Shown here one piece after another: positions 1-8,880 of a DNA stretch of 64,000 nucleotides. The stretch comes from Vicugna vicugna. Its lineage: Eukaryota. The stretch is taken from NCBI GenBank assembly GCA_013265495.1, contig MU061578.1, forward strand, positions 2,799,308 through 2,863,307, given 5' to 3'. The position numbers and the translations under genes were made by a program. The notes under the pieces were generated by a model. The model saw nothing but the letters and a program-made list of their open reading frames with translations, did no database searches and was not told the origin of the DNA. How positions within the stretch are numbered: position 1 is the stretch's first letter; each line of letters opens with the position of its first letter.

Positions 1-463
1 GATTAATCACAGTTCAGCCAGGGTCAGGAGTGAAGGAAGAATTTTGCAGTCAGAAGGAACAGCAAGCACTAAGGCTCAGAGGTACTGAGGGGCTTGGTGT
101 TTGTGAGGGCCTGAAGGAAGGAGCAAAGTATCAGGGTGACACAACTGACTTTGGTTATTTAAAAGCCTGCGCTGACCCTGCTGACCTCTAGGCTGGAGGG
201 GCCATAGTAAGCAAGGAGGCCTGTTAAGAGGCTGTGTAGGCATCAGGGGTGATGGCCTGAGAGGTCGAGGGCCATAGATGGACTTGAGATCTGTTAAATG
301 AAGTGTAGATTGGGATGTGTAGACTGTTGGCAAAGGCTGCTTCCAGGACCAGGGAGGTTCCTGGGCATGAGGAGGAATCAAGCAGCCAGGCAGAGAGTAT
401 GGAGTCCCAATACCCGCAGCTGCCACTGCTGTTGACTGAGTCTCATGCTTTCCCTCTGTCTAG

Positions 464-603
464 GTACCTGTCTGAAGAGGAAGTGCTGGACACTGAAAAT
501 CCTTTTGTGCAGCTGCTGAGTGGGGTTGTGTGGCTGATTCGTAATGGAAGCATCTACATTAACGAGAGTCAGGCAGCTGAGTGCAATGAGACACAGGAAA
601 CAG
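464..603 (+). CDS. NAGPA: NAGPA (N-acetylglucosamine-1-phosphodiester alpha-N-acetylglucosaminidase, uncovering enzyme) coding exon, human exon 3 equivalent; the gene's 5' part lies left of the window
   Basis: ctctgtctag|GTACCTG...GAAACAG|gtgagg, 140 nt. Encodes YLSEEEVLDTENPFVQLLSGVVWLIRNGSIYINESQAAECNETQETG, recognisable NAGPA sequence. Confidence 0.96.
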
Positions 604-879
604 GTGAGGGGGTGGCATCGAGTATGATGAGATGTGGGTGGTGGGTGGGGGTGTTGGCAACAGCCCTCTTGAGAACTAGGGCTGATAGGGTGGTGGCGGA
701 AGTCTTTCAACAAGCACTATTCTAGGCACTGGGGATCTGTGGATATTAAGACAGATAAGGTCTCTGCTCTTGTGGGGTGTGTAAGAAAGAAAATATATAA
801 CATGATGAAGAGAAGTGGTAAGTGTTAAGAAAAATAAAGTTGGAGGAAAGGCGCTATGGACAAGGGAATAGAGAAGTGC

Positions 880-1068
880 TGCTAAAATATTTGAGGACCA
901 GCAGTATCAGCATCACCCAGGAGCTTGTTATAAATGCAAAACTTCAGCCCCTACCCCCGTGCCTCAGAGCTGCAGAATCAGAATCCCTGGGGGTGAGGCC
1001 CAAGAATGTGTGTTCTGAGGAGCCCTCTGGATGATTCTGATAGACACTCGAGTTTGGGAACCACTGGG
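880..1068. mobile_element. hAT-Charlie MITE (MER5A-like); similar copies near 5650-5780, 7640-7780, 17430-17560, 19650-19790, 34380-34530 and 61300-61450
   Basis: accagcagtatcagcatcacccaggagcttgttataaatgcaaa...gaatcagaatccctgggggtgaggcccaagaat...gagtttgggaaccactg. Confidence 0.65.
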
Positions 1069-1568
1069 ATGTGAAATACTAGGGCAGGGAAGGGGTACCA
1101 TGGCCCTGATGTGGAAACAGGCTATTTTAAACTGTGCAGTCAAGGAAAGCCTCATGAAGGAGGTGACTTAGATCAGAAGGCGCATGCCATGGAAAGAGCT
1201 AGGAAGAAGCACTGTCCAGCCAGAAGGAACAGAAAGGGGCTGCAGGGTGTTGAGAGGGGGGACCCGCAGGAGATGAGGTAGAAGTCCAGGGTGGTCATGC
1301 CAGGCGTTGGTAAGGCATTTGGATTTTGTTTGAACAATGGAAGCATTGGAGCGTTTTCACCTGGAGGTGGACCTCACTTGATTTACATTTAAGAAGAGCC
1401 CTTTGGCTCCTCCTGGGGACTGGCTGAGACTGGGCAGGAGGCAGGCAGGCAGTGAGATGCTGAATGGCACAGACCTGGGGGTAGAGTGGTGCTGGACTGG
1501 CAGGAAGTAGCAGGTAGTAGAAGGCCTCCCAAAGAACCAGGTGATAAGCCAGGCTGCCTCTCCTTCAG

Positions 1569-1677
1569 GTTCCTTCAGCAAATTTGTGAATGTGATATCG
1601 GCCAGGACGGCTGTGGGCCACGACCGGAAGGGGCGACTGGTGCTCTTCCACGTGGATGGGCAGACAGAGCAGCGGGG
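1569..1677 (+). CDS. NAGPA: NAGPA exon 4 equivalent
   Basis: tccttcag|GTTCC...CAGCGGGG|gtgagt, 109 nt. Encodes SFSKFVNVISARTAVGHDRKGRLVLFHVDGQTEQRG; phase fits both neighbours. Confidence 0.96.
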
Positions 1678-2059
1678 GTGAGTGCCACGAGCCAGGGCCT
1701 CTGGCCTGGGCTGAGTTCTGCTCTGAGGAACTTCAGCCCACCAAGAGCTGCCCTTCTGACCCCCAGCTATTCCCCAGGGACATTCACACCCATCTGTCCC
1801 CTGTCTTCCCACTGGTAGAGTCCCTAGGTCTGTCCCACTTACAAGAGTTCATTGTCTTCCACACACTTACTATCAGTCTCCCCACCTTAGGCCTCATCTC
1901 TCCTGAACTCTGGTTGGAATGAAAGGAAATTATCACAAAGTTAGCAGGGAAATGACCTTGGTTCCAATCCCAGTTCAGCCATCTGCTAGCTCTGTAGCCG
2001 TAGACAAGTTACTCAACCTCTCTGAGCTGCTGTTTCCCCCTCTGTAAAGTGAGTGAGCT

Positions 2060-2657
2060 ACTTCACCATGGCTGTGTAACAAATTAGCAGAGTCAGCACT
2101 GATTTGTGAGATCATAGCACTCTAGGTCAGGAGTCTGGAAGGCTCAACTGAGTTCTCTGTTCAAAGTGTCTCACAGACAAAATCCAGCTGTTGGCCAGGC
2201 AGGATGCTTCTCTGGAGCTCCTGGAAAAGAATCCTCTTCCCAGCTCATTCAGGTTGTTGGCAGAATGTGATTCCTCACAGTTGTAGGACTGAGGTCTTTG
2301 TGTCCTTGCTGACTGTCCACCAGGGGGCCTTTCTGCTCCTGAGGTCATCTGCATTCCTCAAATACACGCTCTCCAAACCCTCAAGCTGCAAAGGTGTGTC
2401 CTATCTATCTAATCCCCTTGTAATTCCGATCTCTTTCACTTCCTCTTCTGTCTCCAGCCAGAGATGTTTTCTGCTTTTAAGGTCTCGTGATTTTGTCGGG
2501 TCCACCCAGGTAATCCAGGATAGTGTCCCCATTTGCAGACAGCTGTGCCAAGTATCCTAACACAGTCACGAGAGTGATCTCTTGTTATAGTACCAGCTTC
2601 CAGTGATTGGGACAGGACACCTTTAGGGGGGCCATTTAGAAATCTGCTTGTCACAGT
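2060..2657 (-). mobile_element. ERVL-MaLR solo LTR (MLT1-like)
   Basis: MLT1 hallmark strings (ctcattcaggttgttggcagaat, gggtccacccaggtaatccaggat); boundaries approximate. Confidence 0.65.
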
Positions 2658-2739
2658 GGGTATGTGATGCTGTCCACTGTGCAAGATAAGATGAGTTAAC
2701 CCAGAAACGGTGGTCAGCAGCCCTGCTCTTGTGCCACAG

Positions 2740-2868
2740 CATTAACCTGTGGGAGATGGCGGAGTTCCTGCTGAAACAGGATGTGGTCAATGCCATCAAC
2801 CTGGATGGAGGGGGCTCTGCCACCTTCGTGCTCAATGGGACCTTGGCCAGTTACCCATCCGATCACTG
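2740..2868 (+). CDS. NAGPA: NAGPA exon 5 equivalent (contains the NLDGGGS motif)
   Basis: gtgccacag|CATTAAC...GATCACTG|gtaagc, 129 nt. Encodes INLWEMAEFLLKQDVVNAINLDGGGSATFVLNGTLASYPSDHC; NLDGGGS is the DUF2233/NAGPA family signature. Confidence 0.97.
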
Positions 2869-3360
2869 GTAAGCTTACTAGAGCCCTCTTGTTGAGGTTC
2901 AATCCAGGCCTATCCCCAGCTGTCTCATTCAGCAAGTACTGAGTACCTACTGTGTGCCAGGCCCTGGGGTTTCAGCAGAGAGCCGGAGGAGCCTAGATCC
3001 CTGCCTTTCTCTGCTTACAGGAAGTATACATAGTGTAGCTGCATTGCTCAGGCCAGTAGAAGGGGCCAACTGATCGGTCAGGAAAGACCTGAGAATAGTG
3101 AAACATGGGGGGGCTGAGATCTGGAGGACGAGGAAGTGGCTAGGGAGGAACAGGAGAGCCTTCTGGACCAAGAGCAACTTGTGCAAAGGCCCTGGGGTGG
3201 AAGGGATTGTAGAGGCTGGGAAGAACCTATAAAAGGCTGGAGAAGAGGCAATGAAAAGAGGCAAGGAGAGCAGCCCCCATGGGCTGCAGTGGGTGGTTTG
3301 AGGGGTTGGCTGAGGGTGGCCAGCACCTCAACCTCTCTTCACACGCCTGTTCTCCTGCAG

Positions 3361-3566
3361 CCAGGACAACATGTGGCGCTGTCCCCGCCGCGTGTCCACT
3401 GTGGTGTGTCTGCACGAGCCCCGCTGCCAGCCACCTGACTGCAACGGCCACGGGACCTGCGTGGAGGGGCACTGCCAGTGCTCAGGGCACTTCTGGCAGG
3501 GTGCCGCCTGCGATGAGCTGGACTGCGGCCCTGCCAACTGCAGCCAGCACGGGCTCTGCACGGAGA
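3361..3566 (+). CDS. NAGPA: NAGPA exon 6 equivalent (EGF-like)
   Basis: tctcctgcag|CCAGGAC...ACGGAGA|gtgagt, 206 nt. Encodes QDNMWRCPRRVSTVVCLHEPRCQPPDCNGHGTCVEGHCQCSGHFWQGAACDELDCGPANCSQHGLCTE. Confidence 0.96.
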
Positions 3567-3670
3567 GTGAGTGAGGCTCTGTGGGAGGCAGCTCCAGCCT
3601 GGGCCCCCCACTCTCACTGCCCCAGCTCTGCCTGGGCCCTCACCTGGCCTTCTCGGTCTTGTCTTGGCAG

Positions 3671-3718
3671 CTGGCTGCCACTGTGAAGCTGGATGGACAG
3701 GGTCCAACTGCAGTGAAG
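3671..3718 (+). CDS. NAGPA: NAGPA exon 7 equivalent
   Basis: gtcttggcag|CTGGCTGC...AGTGAAG|gtaaaa, 48 nt, phase 1-1. Encodes (T)GCHCEAGWTGSNCSE. Confidence 0.93.
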
Positions 3719-3872
3719 GTAAAAACCACCAGGCCAGCCTCCTTCCTGGCCCCCTGGGCACATGGGAGAGGGTGAGCCTGGCAGCTGTGAGCCTCAGCTG
3801 CCTTTATCCCCACATCCTGGTCTGCAGGTCTCTTGCCTGTCGTCTCTTGCTTTTGCCTCATGTGTACATCAC

Positions 3873-4278
3873 TGTATTAGTGTCCTGGGGCTGTGGCAAC
3901 AGAGTCCAGAAACTCAGGGGCTTAAAACAAATTTATTCTCTCACAGTTCTGGAGGCCAGAACTCCATAATCAAGGTGTCAGCAGGGACTCGCTCTGAAAC
4001 GCCTAGGGAAGGATCCCTCCTGCCTCTTGCAGCTCCTGGTGGTTCCCACAGTCCTTGGGTTGTAACTGCATCACCCCAATCTCTGCCTCCGACTTTACAG
4101 GCACACCTTCTCCCTTGTTGGTGTCCAGTCTTCCTCTATTCTCTTACAAGGGCCCCAGGCCACTGGATTTTGGTTCCACCTTAAATGCAGGGTGTTTTCC
4201 TCTCGAGACCCTTAACTTAATTGCATCTGCAAAGACCCTCTTTCCAAAGAAGCTCACATTCACAGGTTCTGAGAATTA
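3873..4278 (-). mobile_element. ERVL-MaLR solo LTR (MLT1C/D-like)
   Basis: tgtattag...ggcttaaaacaaatttattctctcacagttctggaggccaga...atctgcaaagaccctctttccaaa. Confidence 0.75.
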
Positions 4279-4756
4279 GAAGATCCTTCAGGGAGACGTT
4301 TTACAGCTTAAATCCTTCAGTGGCTTTCTTTCACACTGAGTGAAAAATCCGAACTCCTTTGTATGACCTGCCCGACCCCTGGTGCCCCAGCCCCTCCCTG
4401 CCCTATTCCTCCCTTCCAAGCCTCAGCCTCAGAGTCCCGTCCTCAGAGGTCCCTCTGCCCCATTAAGTGCCTGCCTTTGCCACACTCAGTCACGTCCCTC
4501 CAGTGCTTATCCTCACTTGTCCTCTGATGCTGTGCTTTCTGGCTCCCTGGCTGCCTGCCCTCCTAGATTGGAAGCCCCGTAGGGGTGTGGCCTCGAGCCT
4601 ATCACGTTATAAGTTCAACAGAACTATCTGTTGTGAGAATGTGTGAACCTACGGGCCGCTTGTGGTGATGGCGATGCATTTGCAGTCCTGTCGACCCCAG
4701 CCTGGGGTGCAGGGACAGGACCAGGTTTTGCAGAGAATCTCCTTCCCCCATCCCAG

Positions 4757-4885
4757 CTTGCACCAATGGCTCCTTTGGGGAGGAATGTGCCAAGAAGTGC
4801 CAGTGTCATAATGGAGCCACCTGTGACCCAGTTCAGGGGACCTGCACCTGTCCCCCTGGCTTCACTGGAGACACCTGTGTGCAGG
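4757..4885 (+). CDS. NAGPA: Additional NAGPA exon ('7b') encoding an 8-Cys laminin-type/MEGF-like EGF repeat
   Basis: ctccttcccccatcccag|CTTGCACC...GTGCAGG|gtaagc, 129 nt, phase 1-1, no stop. Encodes (A)CTNGSFGEECAKKCQCHNGATCDPVQGTCTCPPGFTGDTCVQ(E). This frame is not in the ORF track. Confidence 0.82.
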
Positions 4886-5021
4886 GTAAGCTGGAGGGAC
4901 CCCCACCCAGGAAGTGCTTCTGCTCAGGCCAGCTCTACACACTTGGGTCCCATCCTGGCTGTGCCGAGAGAGGCCCTGCCACCAAGGCCTCCACCTCTGT
5001 CTTTCTGGCCCCTCCTTGCAG

Positions 5022-5153
5022 AATGTCCCCTCGGCTGGTATGGGCCAGGCTGCCAGAGCCCTTGCAAGTGTGAGCACCAGTGTCCCTGCGACCCCCAGAC
5101 TGGCAACTGCAGCCTCGCCAGGGCACCCACCCTGACCAGCATCCTCTCACAAG
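5022..5153 (+). CDS. NAGPA: NAGPA exon 8 equivalent (132 nt)
   Basis: cctccttgcag|AATGTCCC...CTCACAAG|gtacag, phase 1-1. Encodes (E)CPLGWYGPGCQSPCKCEHQCPCDPQTGNCSLARAPTLTSILSQ. Confidence 0.9.
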
Positions 5154-5241
5154 GTACAGCCCCTCCCAGACACCCTACCTGGGGCAACAGGGGGCAGACC
5201 CCTCCCCTCCCAGTCTGCAGCTTCTCCCTGGCATCTTGCAG

Positions 5242-5305
5242 TGAAGCAGTGTCTCCTGCCACCCGAGACCACCCTGAAGGCAGGAGAACTCTCCCTCTTC
5301 ACCAG
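5242..5305 (+). CDS. NAGPA: NAGPA exon 9 equivalent
   Basis: gcatcttgcag|TGAAGCAG...TTCACCAG|gtatgt, 64 nt. Encodes (V)KQCLLPPETTLKAGELSLFT(R). Confidence 0.93.
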
Positions 5306-6714
5306 GTATGTGCTTTGGTGGAAGCTGGGGTGGGAGGAATCCCCCTGCTTTCACCTTGAAGGTGTGGCCTCTGCTCAGGGACTGCGCAGGGCTGCGTGGG
5401 CACCCAGGTGACATTTCTCCAACATAAGCACAGGGAGAATCCCAGCTGATGCCTGCAGCCACCTGAGCCATCCAGAGCGATGCTGAGAAGGACCCCGGCC
5501 ACCACCTCAGTGGAGTCGAGGGGGCAGGGCATGGGCTTGTTTTCTCAGCTGCCGGTGCAGAAACATGACGCCCAGAGGAACTGATGTCCTTTCTCAGGCA
5601 CCCTCGTGAACTCAGGCATCATGTTGGGGCTTTATCTCTATTTTCTAGTGCAGAGGGCCTCCAACTTGACCTCCAGGAGAGTGTATTAAAAGAGCTGGGC
5701 TCAAGAACCTGCATTTCTGAGACTTGACCCTAGGTGATGCCAACGCTGTGGTCTGGGAGCCCCACTTGGAGAACCTCTTTTCTCATGGTTCTCACCTCCC
5801 ATAGCCCTACCCTGGGTGCCCAGCCCCGCGCAGACCACTCAAGGTGGGAACCAGGTGTGAGTATGAGTGCAAAGCTTCTTGGCTTTGTCCTCAAGGCAGC
5901 ACCTGGGAGCTCATCACGAATGCAGATCCCAGGTCCCTCTTGGAGGTCCCGACCCCATGAGTCTGGGGTGAGGCCCAGAGGAAAATCCTCGAAGTGTGGT
6001 GGGAAATGCACTGGGGCAGGGACAGTGGCTCCCAGGAGCCCTGAACCCCAAGCTCAGGCACCTCAGGTGTGAGACAGTGCAGACCTGGAGCGAGGGGAAG
6101 GGAGCTGTGGGAGGCTGCTGTAGGCCTGGCCCCCCAGGCAGTCTGCTTGTGTTTGCTTTTGCATTGAGGACTTCAGCCAAAGACTCACATGAAGGAAAAA
6201 AGCTCATTGAAGGACCCACCTGTCCCCACCAACTCCCTGCCTGGGAGGATGAGGTGTGGGTCCTCCCTGCTCTGTCTGCTTTGAGGACATTGGAGAGAGC
6301 CCAGCCTCTGTTGTCAACATCCCACAGGATGCAAGTCGGTGCCTCTTGGGGCAGATTAGATTCCAAACTGTATTTAATTTGGTCTGCATAATTTAACATT
6401 TATCAGCAACGTCTGAAACTCAGTAACATTCAGTAAAAATCTTTTTTCATGGCTTCTCTTGAAATATCAGGAGATGTGGTAGCACCGGCCTTCGTCCCAC
6501 AGAACAACTGTCCCTGCTGCTCCCTGAACATGTGTGGAGTGTGCCCCCAGGCCCACCAGGCCTGTTTGCTCCTCAACAGTTCCTACATGGTCCCTGGAGG
6601 GCCCTGACCTCGTTCTGGGTGAAGGAGCGAAGTGAGGGGAGGGAGGGAAGCCCCTCCAGCATTCCCCCAGCCGCCTGACAGCATCCCTGTTTGGGGTTTC
6701 TCTCCCGCCCCCAG

Positions 6715-6925
6715 GACCACCTGGCTGGCCCTCACCTTGGCCCTGGTTTTCCTTCTGCTGATCAGCGCAGCAGCAAACGTGTCATTGTTCCTCGGGTCAA
6801 GGACAGAGCGGAGGCGGCACCTGGACGGGGCCTACGTGTACCACCCACTGCAAGAGATGAACGGGGAGCTCCTAGCCAGTGAGAAGGAGCAGCTGGGTGA
6901 CACCTGTAACCCCTTCAAGGACTGA
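6715..6925 (+). CDS. NAGPA: NAGPA last coding exon: transmembrane helix and cytoplasmic tail
   Basis: cgcccccag|GACCACC...GACTGA. Encodes TTWLALTLALVFLLLISAAANVSLFL (TM helix), then YHPL (YxxPhi sorting motif) and C-terminal NPFKD; stop at 6923-6925. Confidence 0.97.
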
Positions 6926-7465
6926 AACCTCCAGCTGCCCATTATGGCCTGTTCTGGAGTCTTTGTTTCTACAAGCTCTGGCTTCTGCAGGGGAAATCAC
7001 AAGGCCACTGACCATCTGGGTGGCCTCGGCCAGGCTTCTGACAGCATCCATGCTTCAGCCCCTCACCTGGCCGCCAGCTGTGGCATGTGCAATGCTAGCA
7101 ATACAGCACTCCCCGGAGAGACGGCCCCCTTCCCTGCCTGCCTGTGTCTGCTACTCAAGAGGCTTGTCCCGCGAGGGCCTGCCCCACTGCTAAAGAGCCT
7201 GCAGCGGCCTCCTGGGGGAGGGGCCGATAGCAAATGGGACCGACGATGGCCAAGTGGCAGGGTCCAGCCAGCCCCCTTGGACAGGGGTGGATTGAAGAGA
7301 TGATGGCCCCATCATGGGACCCTTTTTTTTTTTACGGACCTCATTGAATTTGCCAATTAGAACTCTTTCCTGTCACAAGAAGCTCCTTGGAAGGGAGGAG
7401 GAATGGAATCATGTTGACAGGCTCGCTATTTTGTCCTGCCTCCAAGAGGGTTTTTCTACCACTTG

Positions 7466-7471
7466 AATAAA
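7466..7471 (+). terminator. NAGPA: Probable NAGPA polyadenylation signal (AATAAA); 3'UTR about 6926-7490
   Basis: First AATAAA after the stop codon, followed by GT-rich sequence (gtgaatgtggcatgtgg). Confidence 0.75.
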
Positions 7472-8181
7472 CTGATACAGTTAAAGGCATGTGAATGTGG
7501 CATGTGGCATCTGAATTCAGAATGGTGGACTTGATGTGCCTCTGGGTCTCAACAGGTGGTACTGCCTCAGCTGAGTCAGGAATTGAGAGCAGGCAGCCCA
7601 AGGCACATCCAGCTCCCTGATCTGTTTTGTTTACTCCAGGGGTTTTCACTTTAAGGTGTACCTGAATCACCTGGAGAGCTTGTTAAAAATGTGGGTTCTG
7701 GCCCAGGTTGGGGCCCAAGAGCCTGCAGGTCTCACAAGCTCCCAGGTGATGGCAGTGGGTGTCTGGGCCACACTTTGAAAAGGTTTAGTCCTCACCATAT
7801 TTTAATAGAATTGAAATTAGTTGCCAACCCTTAGAAGTTGGGAGATAACTCCAGATTTCTGGTTTCTCTTTAAAAGAGGGAGAGCTAGCAGCCCCAGCTG
7901 ATGCCCTCACGAGGCAAGGACTTGGCAGGGCTGAGGATGGCTGGTCCCCGTCTGGGTCTGCCCTTTACAGTTCATCGCATCTCCAGCAGCTGGCCTCTCT
8001 TGCCCGTGACCTGCATCCCTGTGAGTAGAGTTTATAACTTGTGGCTTTGAGGGTCTTCAGAAAGTGCCTGGAGATACCCTGCCCCATGAATATATGTCAC
8101 ACTGTATGCTTAGCGGCTCTGCGGGGAGGGGAAATTGGGGAGGTGTGGCTGCTTCCAGAAGGTCCTCAAATAGATCCATGC

Positions 8182-8880
8182 ATGTTATGGACTGAACGTT
8201 TGTGTTCCTAAGATTTTTGTGTTGAAGCCTTAACCCCCAATATGATGGTAGTAGGGTATAGGGGGCCCTTTGATTCAGTTAAGTGAGGTCATGAGGGTGG
8301 AAAAGGAGGAGATAGCAGAGCACCCTCTCCAGGCATGCACACAAGGACTAGACCATGTGAGCACATGGCGGGAGGGCAGCCACTGTCTACAAGCCAGCCA
8401 GGGGGCTGTCACCAAGACGGAATCTGCCGGCACCTTGATCTTAAACTATACCTGAAACTTACCTAGTACTCCACAACAAACCAGTGCAAAACTGGTGGCT
8501 TAAAACAACAGCCAGTCATGGCTTCTCATGAAAAATAATGATTTCTTGTGATTCTAGGGTCAGCTGGGTGATTCTGTGGGTCCAGGCTAGGATCAGTGAT
8601 TCCATCTGGGCTCGTGTATCTGCAGTCAGCTAACGGGCCAGTGGGCCTGGTCTGGGGTGGCCACAGCTGAGGACGCAGCTCCGGTCCACGTGGTGTCTCA
8701 TCCTCCCTGCGAATGAGAAGCTGGTTCAGGCTTTGGATCAAGGTGGAGACAGGGATCCCAGGAGAGAAGCACGTGAAGCCTCTTGAAGCTTTGTCCCTTG
8801 ATGAAAAGCTGCAAAAGGAGCATGAATACAGGAGGTTGACTCAGCCACTGCCATCGAGCTACTCTAACACAGGTCTAGTT
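8182..8880. mobile_element. Two adjacent MaLR LTR fragments (MLT1A/MST-like on +, older MLT1-like on -)
   Basis: tgttatggactgaacgtttgtg...gccggcaccttgatctt, then ggtggcttaaaacaaca...tctgcagtcagct. Confidence 0.55.

Noticed and set aside
1561..1578. Tandem acceptor TCCTTCAG|GT TCCTTCAG at NAGPA exon 4
   Set aside because: The second AG is 10 nt downstream, shifts the frame and is explained by the Ser-Phe-Ser codons; nothing suggests it is used.
4643..5359. 238-aa ORF as a single-exon gene
   Set aside because: It runs through NAGPA introns; only 5022-5153 is in the true frame, and exons 7b and 9 use other frames.
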